Origin: Caecitellus pseudoparvulus
Lineage: Eukaryota; Protista; Bigyra: Bicosoecida
Length of the DNA stretch: 64,000 nucleotides
Reading direction: 5' to 3'
NCBI GenBank assembly: GCA_965644315.1
Contig: CBFFRQ010000018.1
Location: 682,001 to 746,000 of the forward strand
Part shown: in pieces, positions 47,801 through 59,574 of the stretch
How positions within the stretch are numbered: position 1 is the first letter of the stretch
Layout of the letters: each line of letters opens with the position of its first letter
The notes under the pieces: model-generated
Told to the model about the DNA's origin: nothing
Databases searched by the model: none
The model's input: the letters and a program-made list of their open reading frames with translations, nothing else
Made by a program: the position numbers and the translations under genes

Positions 47801-50800
47801 CCTCTCCGTGCTGCTGCCCCCTCCCGTCGCACAATCCCACGATGTGTTCATGAAGCGCTACGCGCGGACGGGGCGGGGGTGCCTGGTGAACCAGACCTTT
47901 TATTCGTTTTTCAGCGACAGCGGCGGCAACATTGTGCCCTGCCGCGTCAGCATCGCAGAGGCGCCCCCCAGCGATGAGGACCACGCCCCCAGCTTCCTGG
48001 GCCTCATGCAGCGCCTGGAGGTGCAGGAGGACTACATCATCTTCGGGGACATCAGCACAGGCTACCGCATGCTGGCAGCGTCAGTGCAGAGCCACTTGAT
48101 GATGGGCACCTCCCCCACACAGCTCAGCGAACACGACATCTCAGTGTGCAAGCACTTTGAGCAGGTGGACTTCGAGTTCGCGCGCACCCTGAATGGCACC
48201 TCCACCTTCGAGGCAGGGCCCCGCACCTCTTCTGTTGGCGGAGCCAGTCTGCTTGGGCGGTCGCACTCCCGCGTGGATGTGTCCATGGGCATCCTTCCAG
48301 GCCTGGCGGACGTCTCCTCCCCCAAACGCGGCCAAGAGCATGGGCTGTCCATGGGCAGCGAGGGGGGGGGCGGTGCCAGGGAGTCCAAGCGTGATGCGCG
48401 CCGGGGGCGTGGCCAGGAGCGTGGACGAGCCATGCGCCGAGTGGGCTCGGGCGCCGTGGGGGAGTCCGGCCGGCCCAGTGCCAAGGGCGCCGCCATCAAG
48501 CGTGGCTTTAACTCCAAGGTGTCCCTGGTGCAGTCGGTGCTGAGCGCGGCCGAGCGCAGGGGGCGCTCCAACGCTCTCTCCTTGCTGCGCGGAGGAGACT
48601 TCCGCCCCACCCCCGTGCGGGCTGTAGCCAACAGCTCCCTCCCCCGAGTGCAAGCCTGCGTGCAAACTGTGACCCTCCCCGTTGTGGGCACGTTCTACCT
48701 TCTCGTGTGGAAGCCTGTGGAGCACACGCTTGACGCAGCAGTGAGCATGGCGGAGGGTGGCCGCATCGGCACGGCCCCTGAGCGGTCGCCTCCGGCACAA
48801 CCGCACTCCACCATGCCAGCGCACCACCGCCCAGGGTTTGGCACCGTCTCCCACCGCATCTCTGAAGGAAGTGAGATGAGCTCCACGGCAAGCCCAGCTC
48901 GCGAGGCCTCCTCAACGTCTGGCGCGGCAGGCTTCAGGTCGAAGCGGGTGTCCTCCGAGACAGGCAGGGGACCGCTGGGCGAGCTCTCCCAAGGCAGCCG
49001 GCGCCAGTCAGCAGCCTCCACTGGCGCCCCACTGGCAACGTTGAGCCCCCCCAGCACGGCCTCCGTTCGGCGCCCCGCTGGGTCGCCGGGAGTGGGGGGC
49101 AGTGTCGCCCGCATCCGCCTGGGCCAGCGGCACGGGGCCTCCAGACGCCTGGACGACGCCAGCGAAGGCTCGCCCCCCTCCCCTCGCAAGTCGAGCGCTG
49201 GGTGGGAGGAGGGTCTTTCGGGCGGCGGGTCGGCAGCTGGAGACCCCGTGGGAGGCACTTCCACGCGGGGACACATCGGTGCACAGCGCACAAGCACAGC
49301 CGGGGCCCTGCACGTGACGTCGGTGGCGTCCACGGGGGCCGCCAGCGGGGGAGGCGGCGCCTCTGCCCTGGGCCTTGCAGCTGCTCGGGAGGGAGCTGGA
49401 GATGCGGTGCGCCAGGCAGTGTCTCGCCGCGCCATGCCACTGATGGCGACCGTGGAAGGCGATGAGAAGGCATCGGCGCCTGCGGGTGGTGGTGCTGCAC
49501 GGACCTCTCCACAGGCCGCCACGGACAGCAAGGGCCGCCCCCCCGCCCTTGCCACCAGCGCCGAGGATTCCAGGGATGGCGCGGCTTCCACAGGGCTGCT
49601 GGCGCGCTTTTTGCTTCTGAGCCAAGCGCAAGTGGAGTCCATGACACAGTCCAGCCCCAGATCAGGGGGGCCTTCCGGCAGCTTTGTGCCCATGGTCACC
49701 AGCCCCACCGGAACACACCTGTACCACACCTTCAGCGGTCTGGACAGTGGCGGGGAAGGCTTGGCTCCAGGCACGCACCGTCCCTCGATGGGAGGCGCCG
49801 ACTCCACTGAGGCGGACCTCGTCGACTCGGCTGCCTCGGACATAAGCAGCAATGTGGGCAGCAGCCTGGCTTCGGAAAGCGATACCGGCTTCTTGGACGA
49901 GCAGAGCGAAGGCAGTGACCTCTTCACGGCGGCGACACCCCCGCCCCCAGAGTATGAAGCCCAGCCAGCAGCAGTGGTGTCGGACCTGGAGTCTGCGGTG
50001 GGCATCCCGGAGGCGGCCCCTGACAAGGGCACCTTGACTTCCCCCCACACAATTGGCTCGCTCCGGAACCTCGGATCCATGCTGCAGTCCGGCGACACTA
50101 CCTCGTCGCACACCGGAGGGCATGGCCTGGGGTGGGACGCGCCTCTGTCGGGGCACCGCAGCCCGCCCGCGACTGGACGGCGGAGGGCAAAGGGGGGCAA
50201 GGAGGCAGGGGGGAGCCGCACGTCTGCCATTTTCAAGGAGGGCATGCGGGTGTTGCGGCGACTGGCAGGCACCCCCGACATGCTGCCCGACATCCGTCTG
50301 CGCGTCATGCACCTCAGCATGACGGGCAGCTTCCTGCTCTTCACCTTCTGCCTCATCGTGGGCCTGTTCTTCCAGGAGGACTACATTTTCGGCACCCTGT
50401 TCGAGGCGCTGGACAGGGCGCTGGTGTCCTCCGCCGTCCTCGCGGCGACGGTGTCCACCAGTGGCCTGCAGGCATTCACTGTGAATCCGACGCAGGGTGG
50501 CTGGTTGTACACCTCCACACAGGAGGCTTCCATTAGTGCGGCTGTCGCTGTGGGGCAGAACTCCTCCGCAACTTCGGCACAGCTGGCCGCTGTCATCGAG
50601 GGTGACGCCTGGTGGAGTCTGGGCAGCCGTTTCGTGGCAGGGACACTGTCCTTCGCAGAGGACGCTGCGCGTGTCGTCACTCGCTCTCGCCTGGACGTCC
50701 CCGTGTCTCTGGCCGCCGAGCTGGATGCAGGGCTGGATCCTGCCCGCCCTGTCTTGCTGGAAGACGGGGCAACCCCTCGAAACTTCACGCTTCTGTCGGC

Positions 50801-52697
50801 GACAGGTTGGGTCTTGTCCAGCCTCCGTGAAGTGGCCTTTTCACAGCCGCAAGCACTGGTCCCGGAGGCTGACCTGGTCAGCGTGCTAGCCCGCAACGGG
50901 CCTCGGCTGGCCCCTGAGTTTTCCGCTTTCGTCGTTGCCTTTTCGAAGGGGTATGTGGAGTACTTGGAGCTGTACCGCCTGTTTTTCGCACTCGTGTGCG
51001 GGTCTGTCATGGTTGTGTGCATCCTAGCGTTCTTCATCACAAACTTGCAGTACCAGTGGCACGTGGACGGCACAAAGCGCGTGGCTGTGAAGCACTTCGC
51101 TCAGGTGCCCAAGGCCCTGGTGGCCAGCCAGCAGCGCAGCAGCAAGACCCGCCTTGGGGCAGCCATTCGCCGGCAGCGCAAGGAAGCAGGGGAAGATGAC
51201 GTGGAGGACGCAGCCATGCACAAGCGGGTGGGCGCGCTGACTCTGGAAGCACTGAAGCGCGCGGGAGGCGGCCTTGCGCGACCAGACCACCGCAGCATGA
51301 CCCACGGCATGGAGAGTGGGCGCCACTTAACAACCGGCAGCCGCTCGGGTCGGGGCGGTTCAACTTCATACGATCGCCGCACTTCCGCGTACACCAGCGC
51401 GAGGAACTTTACCAGTAGCTCAGATGCCGAAAGGCGCAGTCGGTACGCCAGCCTGACATCCATGGGTGTCAGCACTCGGCGTGGGTCCACGGCAGTAGCG
51501 TCAGGCCGCACGCGCAGGGCACAGCTGGGAGGACTGACTGCCATGGCTGGCAGCAGTCACGCCCTGCTGCACGTCAGTCCGACGGGGGAGTTCCAGTACA
51601 AGACGCGGTCTTGCCTGCGAGTCATGCAGCGCAGCATGGTTATGCTGGTGCCAGCCACGATGGCGCTGATCGTGAACTTGGTTGCGAGGGACTACGCAGA
51701 CACCAGCGTGGGGGTCATCCAGGCCAACACGTTGTGCTTGCAAGGAGCCGTCGCCAGCGCAGGGCTGACAGGCGCTGTGCATGACTTGGTGCAGACCCGC
51801 TTTGAGCCGCGGTCAAAGGTGGAGGCGCGTGCCATGCTGCAGTATGCGGACAGCGCGGCCAAAGAGCTGCAGACGCTGCTGGTGCAGGTGGTGGAGGGGA
51901 CAGGGGATGCCCCCGGCCCAGCCACTGCGACGCCAGTGCCCCCTCTCATCCTATCGGAGGACCCCCATGGCGTGCTGACGGTGCTGGAGAGAGACATGTG
52001 CCACCGGTACGGCTTCAGGGGCGTAGGCCCCCAGCTGTGCAGGGAGTTCAAGGCTGAGGTGGGTGCGACAGGGCTCATCAGCCTGGCTCAGGCCCTGCAG
52101 CGCCAGACAGCCCTGCTGTGCGCGTGGGCCAAGCCCATCATCGAAGCAACGCCTGACGGAGGCAGGGTGTCTCTGAACGCCTCTGCACTGGCAGAGGAAG
52201 CGGAGCGCACTGGCAACGCCACATTGGCAGCCACCCGCAGCGCCATCACGCTCCTGCTACGGGCAGATGTGCCGTTCGCTCGGGTGCAGCTGTTTGGAGT
52301 GGCTGGCGCGCTGGCTGGCGAGCAGGCAGAGCTGCGTGCGGGCTTGCTGGACTTCTTTCGCTTCTTGGCAGGGCTGGGGACGGTCGCCTTCTTCTTGGCT
52401 GTGTACGTGGGCGGGGGGCAGATGCGGCAGCAAGCTCGCCAGGCGTACGCTATGCGGCTTCTGCTCATCGCTATTCCCAAGAGTGTCGCGCTCAGCGTGC
52501 GCCCCATTTTGAATCGGTACCAGGTCTTCGCAGACCTAAACTCCGAAATCGTCGCCAGCCAAGCTGCTGCAGGTAGCGTGGATGCGGGGGCTGCGACACC
52601 CTCGGCTTCCGCTGCTGCTTCGCCGCGGGGAAAGGGCGTCACCATTGGTGCTGCAGGCATGGAGGCTACCCCCCTCATGTCCCGCAGTACATCGTGA
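44895..52697 (+). CDS. TmcB/TmcC-like multi-pass membrane protein with PAS domain; several 5' introns (first 45021-45113); start uncertain
   Basis: N-terminal TM bundle (..HGRVEAVMIMAKV..), a helical region, PAS (SVNSAASRMFG..LLGQNLSVLLPPPVAQSHDVFMKRY), a long disordered linker, then two TM-flanked extracellular loops. Confidence 0.75.
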
Positions 52698-52780
52698 ATA
52701 CATTCCGCCACCTCGAGGTGCTGCACTGGGACCATTCCCTGTCGTTGGTGCAAGTTGCGTCGGGCCGCCCAGCACTCGAC

Positions 52781-54988
52781 ATGGCGTGCAGCACGCCTCC
52801 CGTGCCCAACCTGCTGGGTCGGGCAGACCAGCTCTTGGATCAGCTGCCCCTGTTTGCGCTGGTACTGGGTGATGTCGGGGCAAGGCCCAGCGTGGCGGCT
52901 TTCTTGGCTCTGCCGCAAACTCTGGAAGCACAAGTGGCTGCGTGTGCCAAGAGCCCTGCCGTGCTGCGGGCTTTGGATGCCTGTGTGACCGTGCAGCGAG
53001 CTATCCTTGCTTTCAACACTTTCAACTCTGAGGAAATCCATGTTCTGGATGGGGAGACCAGTCGAGAGGCGGAGGAAGCCTTGGAATCCCTTGAGGGAGC
53101 ACTGCTGGAGAGCGCGGAAATTGGTCCCAGCCGTACCACGCCATGGCCCTCCTCTACCCAAGAGTGGGCAAATGCAGAGGAGCAGTGGGAGAAAAGGGCA
53201 TCTGTATGTGCATGGAGTGAAGGCAGCCCCTTCTTCGACATGGAGTGGCCCGAGCAGGGCATTACCCCGCCGCTCATGGCCCACGCAGTTGCCGCACTGG
53301 TCGTGCACGACGTCGCAAGCCGCCGGGCGCGGCCTGCGTTCTGGGGCGAACGCCCCTGGGGAATGGCCTGGGCGAATCCCTATTCAACACACTTGACGGC
53401 ACCCGTCTGGCTGCTCGCCCTCCACCTGGCGGCTTCCACGGAGCACGCAGCCTTGACTCTGGCCCTGGCAAACAGCATCCCAGGCATTCCCGTCGCACCG
53501 TCGCGACCTTGCAGCCTTGCCATCCTATTGGCATTGCGCAGGGCCTGTCACGAGGCTGTCGCGAGGAGCACTCTGCCCCATGCCCAGTTTGGACTGGCCT
53601 GTGCGTTGGCGCAGGGTGGCGCCTGCGACGGCAGGCACGCCGAAGGCAGGCGCGGCTTGGAGCAGGCCCTGCGCGACGGCTGTGCGAGCAGCATCCATGT
53701 CCTTGCGTCCCTCGCACGCCGGGGCATTGGGAGCCAGGGCGACGACGAGAAGGACCTTGCTGTGCTGAAGAAAGTCGAGCAGCTGGCCCGGAGGGGTGTC
53801 CCCGCTGCCGTGGAGGCAGCGGAAGTCTTGCATGCGTCGGGCTGCCCCCGCCTGGGGTTGCCTCGCCACGAAGGCTTGGCGCACTCTTTTGCCTCAGCTT
53901 CAGCAGACTCTGCGGTGTTTGCCTCCTCCACCCTGCTTCGAAGTGCGACGGCGGTCAACAGTGAGCTCCACAGAGCAGCCTGGGCCGAAGAGCGCTTGGC
54001 ACACTGCGTGGAGCACGGCAGTGTGTTGGCTGCTTCTGTTCTTGTGAAACTAGGAGCACGAGTGCCACCGGCACTCGGGCGCACGCTCATGAAGTCTGCA
54101 GGAACCTCACCAGGTGCCCTGCCTCATGCCAGCCCGGCATACACGCTTGCGTGCTTTGGCAGCACGACAACTGAAGTTCTCTCTCAAGTTGAAGCCGAAG
54201 CTGGGGAAATGGGTGACGCATTCAAGGCATGCCAGCGTGCTCTACATGCCATGCGCAGTGCCTTGCTGTCTATTCGCGACGCTGTGCAGTTGGACACGTT
54301 GCTGGCCACGGGCATGGCTGGGCCGGAGTCCGCCCGGGAGCAGAGCATGCGGGGGCTCGCTCTGCTCCGCCTCCGCTTGCCATTCAGCGGGAAGGCTGTT
54401 GCTTTTCAGCTTGCGACTCGACTGCTGGCTTCTTCACGTCCGTTCGGCGCTGCGGGGCAGGAGGAGGGTGTCGCCGCTCTCCGGCGTGCCGCTGCAATGG
54501 GGCACAAACACGCCAGCGCGCTGCTGGCGGACACCTTCCTGAACGCGAGGCACGGCGTGAACGGAAACCCCGAGCAGGCTGTGCAGTTCGCCGAGCAGGC
54601 GCTGCCAGATGCGCTCGCGTTGGAGGTGCTCGGCACTTGTCTCCGGTACGGGTGGGGCCGACCCCAGGCCCCCGAGCGAGCAAGGCAACTGTTGGCAAAA
54701 GCCGGAGCAAGGGGGCGGCCTGGGGCGGCGTTCCTTGCTGCAGAGATGGCATTGCGAGGCCAGGGGGGTGACGTCGATCTGAAGGGCGCTCAGGCCATGC
54801 TTGATGCAGCGAGCAGCGCGGGTTGGGCACCAGCTCACTGTCGAGACTTGCAAGCTGACATTGCCCGAGCGGTGGAGGAGCAGGAGCGCCTCCTGGGCTT
54901 GAGCAACGCAACATGGGTTGCATTGGCTGTAGGGGCTGTGGCAGCGGCGGTCGCCATCGCGAGGTGGCGAGGGCACGCCTCCAAGTAG
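52781..54988 (+). CDS. SEL1-like repeat protein with C-terminal transmembrane anchor
   Basis: AQFGLACAL.., ALRRAAAMGH..LADTFLNARHGV, LGTCLRYGWG..ERARQLL..A, AEMALRGQGGDVDL; tail TWVALAVGAVAAAVAIARW. Start uncertain. Confidence 0.7.
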   Translation: MACSTPPVPNLLGRADQLLDQLPLFALVLGDVGARPSVAAFLALPQTLEAQVAACAKSPAVLRALDACVTVQRAILAFNTFNSEEIHVLDGETSREAEEALESLEGALLESAEIGPSRTTPWPSSTQEWANAEEQWEKRASVCAWSEGSPFFDMEWPEQGITPPLMAHAVAALVVHDVASRRARPAFWGERPWGMAWANPYSTHLTAPVWLLALHLAASTEHAALTLALANSIPGIPVAPSRPCSLAILLALRRACHEAVARSTLPHAQFGLACALAQGGACDGRHAEGRRGLEQALRDGCASSIHVLASLARRGIGSQGDDEKDLAVLKKVEQLARRGVPAAVEAAEVLHASGCPRLGLPRHEGLAHSFASASADSAVFASSTLLRSATAVNSELHRAAWAEERLAHCVEHGSVLAASVLVKLGARVPPALGRTLMKSAGTSPGALPHASPAYTLACFGSTTTEVLSQVEAEAGEMGDAFKACQRALHAMRSALLSIRDAVQLDTLLATGMAGPESAREQSMRGLALLRLRLPFSGKAVAFQLATRLLASSRPFGAAGQEEGVAALRRAAAMGHKHASALLADTFLNARHGVNGNPEQAVQFAEQALPDALALEVLGTCLRYGWGRPQAPERARQLLAKAGARGRPGAAFLAAEMALRGQGGDVDLKGAQAMLDAASSAGWAPAHCRDLQADIARAVEEQERLLGLSNATWVALAVGAVAAAVAIARWRGHASK

Positions 54989-54994
54989 CCAGCC

Positions 54995-56123
54995 TCACAG
55001 ACCCTCTGTTGGTGTGAGGCGCACCGCCTGCTGAGTGCCTGGGTATGCTGGAAGCCACAGGAGGTCATACTGGCGTGCCAGGGGTTGGGGCAGAAAGCGC
55101 CCCCCTAGCCAGTGCTGAGGCACTCGCTGGCTGGAGTTGGGCAGACTCTCCCCCTGCGCCTTGGCCTTGCTGCAAGCCGTGACCCAGTCGTCAAAGGCCG
55201 CGGCTCCCGCCTTGGGCGCAGTCAGAGAAATGAGCAGCTCTGGCCACAGGGCTGGCAGAGGGATGCCACTGTGACCTTTTGCGTCAACTGGCACGGCTGT
55301 GGGCGGGCCGCGCTCGACGTCCCACCCAGATGGAATGTCCACGGCCGCAAGGGGCAGCTTGCTGTCTGCCATGGCAGCAAGCACCGTGTCGAAGGGCGCT
55401 CGCACGGCGCCCGAGAAGGAGAAGCCAAAGACAGCATCCACAATGAAGTCAAAGCTTGATGCAAGTGTGCTGGCGTCAGGAAACGCATCCTCCCCAAGGA
55501 GCAGCTCCACGGCAAGGCTGTCCTCGGCGGGCGCTGCGGGGGTATCTGAGCCAGTGTGCTCTGGGTGTGGCTCCATGTGGTTCAAGAAGCGCAGTTGCTG
55601 CATGAGACCACCATAGAGACTCTTGGCTTCACTAGACCTTGACTCCAGCGTATACTTAGGGTATGCAACGGACACCTGTGCAGGGTGGGGGGTGGTCACG
55701 CTGAAGGCGTGTCAGACGCAAAATCCGCAAAGCCATCAGAGATTGCCGCACAGTTTTGTATCCGAACATGTGAAGGTGGCGAGCAGCCACCAGCCCATCG
55801 CCGCCATTGTTTCCAGGGCCGCACACCACGAGCACACGTGGGAAGTCTTCGGGTGGGAAGGCTGAGTGCACTGCCGTCGCCACAGACAGCCCGGCCAGCT
55901 CCATCAACGCGTGCACGGAGAAACCAGGGGAGGACATCAGCTGCTCGTCAAGCTGCTGCGCCTCTCGCTGGTTTAAGTAGTGCACAGGGTGGGGGGCACC
56001 CGCTGCCATGCCTAAGGTTTGCAGGGAGGCAACGGCGAGCGCGAACGCTGCACCGTTGAAGCGAGGCCGAGGTGCCAGCACAGTTGCTGACTGCTTTGCC
56101 AGCTTGCTTGCTGCGGACAGCAT
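54995..56123 (-). CDS. NAXE: NAD(P)H-hydrate epimerase (YjeF N-terminal domain); intron 55676-55751
   Basis: [64 protein letters not shown]. Confidence 0.95.
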
Positions 56124-56224
56124 GCTCCAGCAACGAGCTCGGCAGGGACATGCCCAGTCTCATCAAGTGGATATTGCAGTGGAGAATCAAATTCGTGAAT
56201 TTTGAAAACCTGGGGAGGCCTGTG

Positions 56225-57802
56225 TCACCTCAGGCGGCGGGTCAGAACGAGCCGCCGCCGAACTTCCCACCTCGCGGAGGGCAAGGCAGGGTGCAGCGCC
56301 TCAGGCAGCTCCGACCCCTCTGCAGAAGTCCTGTGAAATGCAAGTACTAGGGCAAGGGTCTGCAGGTCTGCGTTGGACAGGGTGCGCCTGTCATTTTGAG
56401 CAGCCCGCGAAGCCATTGGCAACGCATCGATGAAACGTGCGCTGCGCAGGAAGCTGAGCACGGCACGCCGCCGGCGCTGCACCTCCTCAGCATCTTGGGG
56501 ACTGTCCCTAGCTTGGGAGCACAAGATGTCAAATGTGGGGGCAGGCGGAAGGGTCTCGGGGGCTCCCTTGACCGCTGGAGGGAACACGCAGACACCGCCC
56601 ATGGCCGCGGCAAGCTGGGCCGTCGTGCGGTCACAGGCTGTGGTCAGGGCGAGGAGCAGCCACCCCTCGAAGGACATGTCGGGGTCATGAGCGCCGCGTA
56701 TGATGACCTGTTGGAGGGTGGTTTCCAGCGCGTCATGCAGCACCTGGCGGCCAATTCCTGGCAACGTCGTGGCGTGCAGCAACGCGCAGGCGAACGGCGC
56801 CATGCGGGCCTGCACCACGGTTGTGAACACGTCAGGCAGCATCGCCCAGGGAATAGGCGCACCATGCTGCATGAGGGCACCGAGCGCTTGCCCTTTGGCA
56901 TCGAGCGAGGTGGGACTGTGCCCTCCCAGCAGCCCCAGCACGCTGGCTGGTCGCAGGACGGCCTCGTACACCTCCCCAGCAACTTTCGGGTGCTGCAGGG
57001 ACGCCCCTGCTTGGAGCAAGTCCGTCACGGCGGCTGCACTGGCATGGGAACATGCTGCCAGGAGCGGCGTCACGGCAGGGCTTGCGGGAAGGGCCTTGCG
57101 TGGCACGTCCACGACCGCTCCCGCCCCTGCCTGCAGCAGCGCCCACACGATGTCTGGGTTGGCGCCTGAGTTGCAGGCTTGTAGGAGGGGCGTCTCGCCC
57201 AGGCTGCCACGGAGGCAGGGGTCGGCGCCCCGCTGAAGCAGCTCTCGCACGATGGCCGGGCGCTGTGAGAAACAGGCTGCATGCAGCGCTGTTGACTTGC
57301 GGGAGTCGCGCATGTGCTCCAAGCCTGGAGGGCAGCGGGGGTGGCGCAGCAGGGCCAGGGCGCAGTCAGGGCGCATGTGGCTGCAAGCCCAGTGCAGTGC
57401 AGTCATGCGAGACGGGGATGTCTGGCTTGGATCGCTACCAGCGTCCAGTAAAGCTGCCAGGATGCGAAGGGCGGTTTCCTGGTCTGCCTGCGAGAGGGGC
57501 GTGGACACCATGACCGCGGAAGCAGGGTGCCACCCCGAGCGATCGCCCCTGGCATTCACATCTGCCCCAGCCTTGAGCAGCAGCGTCACGGCTGCTTCCT
57601 GCAGCCGCAAGATCGCCAGGACGAGGGGAGTGTGGCGGGTAGAGGCTGTGCCAGGCAGGACGACCGGTTCTCGCAGGCTGGACTGGCGCACAGCAGCGTT
57701 CACATCAGCACCCTCCGCAAGAGCGGCCTGCATGGTGGGTAAGTGACCATCGTATGCGCCTTGCGCGAGCGCAACATCTGCTTTGGAAGCCTTGGCCCCC
57801 AT
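56225..57802 (-). CDS. Ankyrin repeat protein with N-myristoylation-like start
   Basis: TPLVLA..LLKAGADVN, TALHWAC, TALHAAC..LLQRGADP, TPLLQAC, TPLLAAC; begins MGAKASK. Confidence 0.88.
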   Translation of the reverse strand: MGAKASKADVALAQGAYDGHLPTMQAALAEGADVNAAVRQSSLREPVVLPGTASTRHTPLVLAILRLQEAAVTLLLKAGADVNARGDRSGWHPASAVMVSTPLSQADQETALRILAALLDAGSDPSQTSPSRMTALHWACSHMRPDCALALLRHPRCPPGLEHMRDSRKSTALHAACFSQRPAIVRELLQRGADPCLRGSLGETPLLQACNSGANPDIVWALLQAGAGAVVDVPRKALPASPAVTPLLAACSHASAAAVTDLLQAGASLQHPKVAGEVYEAVLRPASVLGLLGGHSPTSLDAKGQALGALMQHGAPIPWAMLPDVFTTVVQARMAPFACALLHATTLPGIGRQVLHDALETTLQQVIIRGAHDPDMSFEGWLLLALTTACDRTTAQLAAAMGGVCVFPPAVKGAPETLPPAPTFDILCSQARDSPQDAEEVQRRRRAVLSFLRSARFIDALPMASRAAQNDRRTLSNADLQTLALVLAFHRTSAEGSELPEALHPALPSARWEVRRRLVLTRRLR

Positions 57803-58021
57803 GAGTGCCTCGCACGTTGTCAGCCAAGCGGGCCACGCAGGCAAGAAACTTCGCACAGCTGTCGACCCTGCTCAAAAGCGAAGCGGCAACAGAGCCAAGA
57901 ACCATTCCGAACGCAGCTTTAGACAGGCGAGGCTTGGAAGGTTGTGCATTTGTTCTGAGTGTGTGTGTTGAGTGGGCGTAGGCCGTTTCACCTGCGTTTC
58001 ACTCGGGCACAAGTGGGCAGC

Positions 58022-59536
58022 ATGGCAAGCCAGGCAGCCGGGTCGCAGGCCAGCAGTGCAATGGAGCAGGAGGCGAGGGATTCTCCCCCGCCGGACGCCG
58101 ACATTGACTGGGAGAACACCCCCGTGCTGTCGTGGATGCACCCTGTTTTCACTGGTCGATCTATCATTGCGCGCGGTGGCCACGCTTCAGCGCTGGTTGG
58201 CAACTTGCTGATTACATTCGGGGGCCACTACTTTGGCAAGGACAAGTTCATGTGCGCATGTGCGCATGAGGGTGTTGTTTCTGCTGCTGGCACGTGCCTT
58301 GCGCTCCCTCATGCAGGTATTGCAACGACGTGTGGGCCATTGACCTGGACACCATGACTTGGCACAACCCCACGTGCACTGGGCGTGCCCCTGGGCAGCG
58401 GTATGGGCACACCGTGACAGTGGTGGACTATAAGGTTTACATTTTTGGTGGAAGGGGGCCCTCTGGGCTCTTGCACAACGACCTCTGGTGCCTGGACGTG
58501 GAGACGTGGAAGTGGACGCTAATGCCCAGCACCACGGCACCGCCTCTGGCGCGTTTCAACCACGCAGGCGTGGCTGTCGGCAACAAAATCGCCTACTTTG
58601 GCGGCTGGGACGGCGAATCTGCGTTCAATGACTTGTGGGTGTACGATATAGGTGAGCTCAGCGGCGCTGAACGCCAGAGCCATGCCGCGTGGTCGCACAC
58701 CACCCGCTCCCCCCCTCTTCGCAGCTGGCCGGACCTGGTTGAAACCAAAGGTCAGGGGCATGCTACCGAAGCCGCGGCATGGGCACTCAATGGTCTTGAC
58801 ACCAGAAGGGCGCATGATCGTGCAGGGTGGGTGGGCTCCAACTGAGCAAGGCTTCCCGCAGTACCTGCGCGACACTCGCGTGTTCGACACTGGCTCCATG
58901 ATGTGGATCCGCCCTAGGATTTCGGGGGACTTCCCCCCCCCGTCGTTCAGCCATGCGGCAGTGATGGTGGGGCGTTTCATGGTCCTTCTGGGCGGATATG
59001 GGGGCCACAAGCCCAAGCCTGCTGCAGCAGCTGCCGAGGCTGCGCTGATCACGACGTCTGCTGATGACCACAGAGGCATTCAAGTGGTTCCAGACTCCTT
59101 GCCAGAATGCCCCCCACCAGTGTCCAAGGCTATTGGACCTGACGGCCAGGAAGTGCCTGTAGGGCACCATCCTCAGGTGTGGGTGCTCGACACCGACGCG
59201 GTGGATGACGACGACGAGGGCGGCGAGAGAAAGGCCAGCATTCGACCGAACAAGCGCTCCGGAGACGGCACCAGTGATGCGCTGAGTATGAAGTGGATGC
59301 AGCCGTTCATCGCGGGGCAGCCACCTGGTAGACGGTACGGACACTCGCTCGTCGCCGTCGGGCCACACGTGTTGGCCCTGGGCGGTTGGGACGGCAACAA
59401 AGCCATCGGAGAGGTCCTGCAGCTGGACCTCACTGCCCTTGTTGGCCCCTCACTCATGGTGGAGTCCCAACATGGCGATGGGGAAGTGGGGCAGCAGCAC
59501 GGCGGCGCTGAGGCTGGCGCGGAAGGGTTTGCATAG
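58022..59536 (+). CDS. Kelch repeat beta-propeller protein (RABEPK/KLHDC-like); introns about 58251-58317 and 58652-58724
   Basis: Six repeats of the form R.GH..(V/I)..GG, e.g. ARGGHAS..FGG, RYGHT..FGG, RFNHA..FGGWDG, RHGHS..QGG, RYGHS..LGGWDG. Confidence 0.9.
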
Positions 59537-59574
59537 TCTGCAGGCACCAAAATACAAGCGTTTGCTCTGCAAAG

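Noticed and set aside
41231-50356. Long opposite-strand ORFs (41231-42610 +, 48695-50356 -)
   Set aside because: They are antisense to KDM1 and the PAS gene, low in complexity, and show no motifs.
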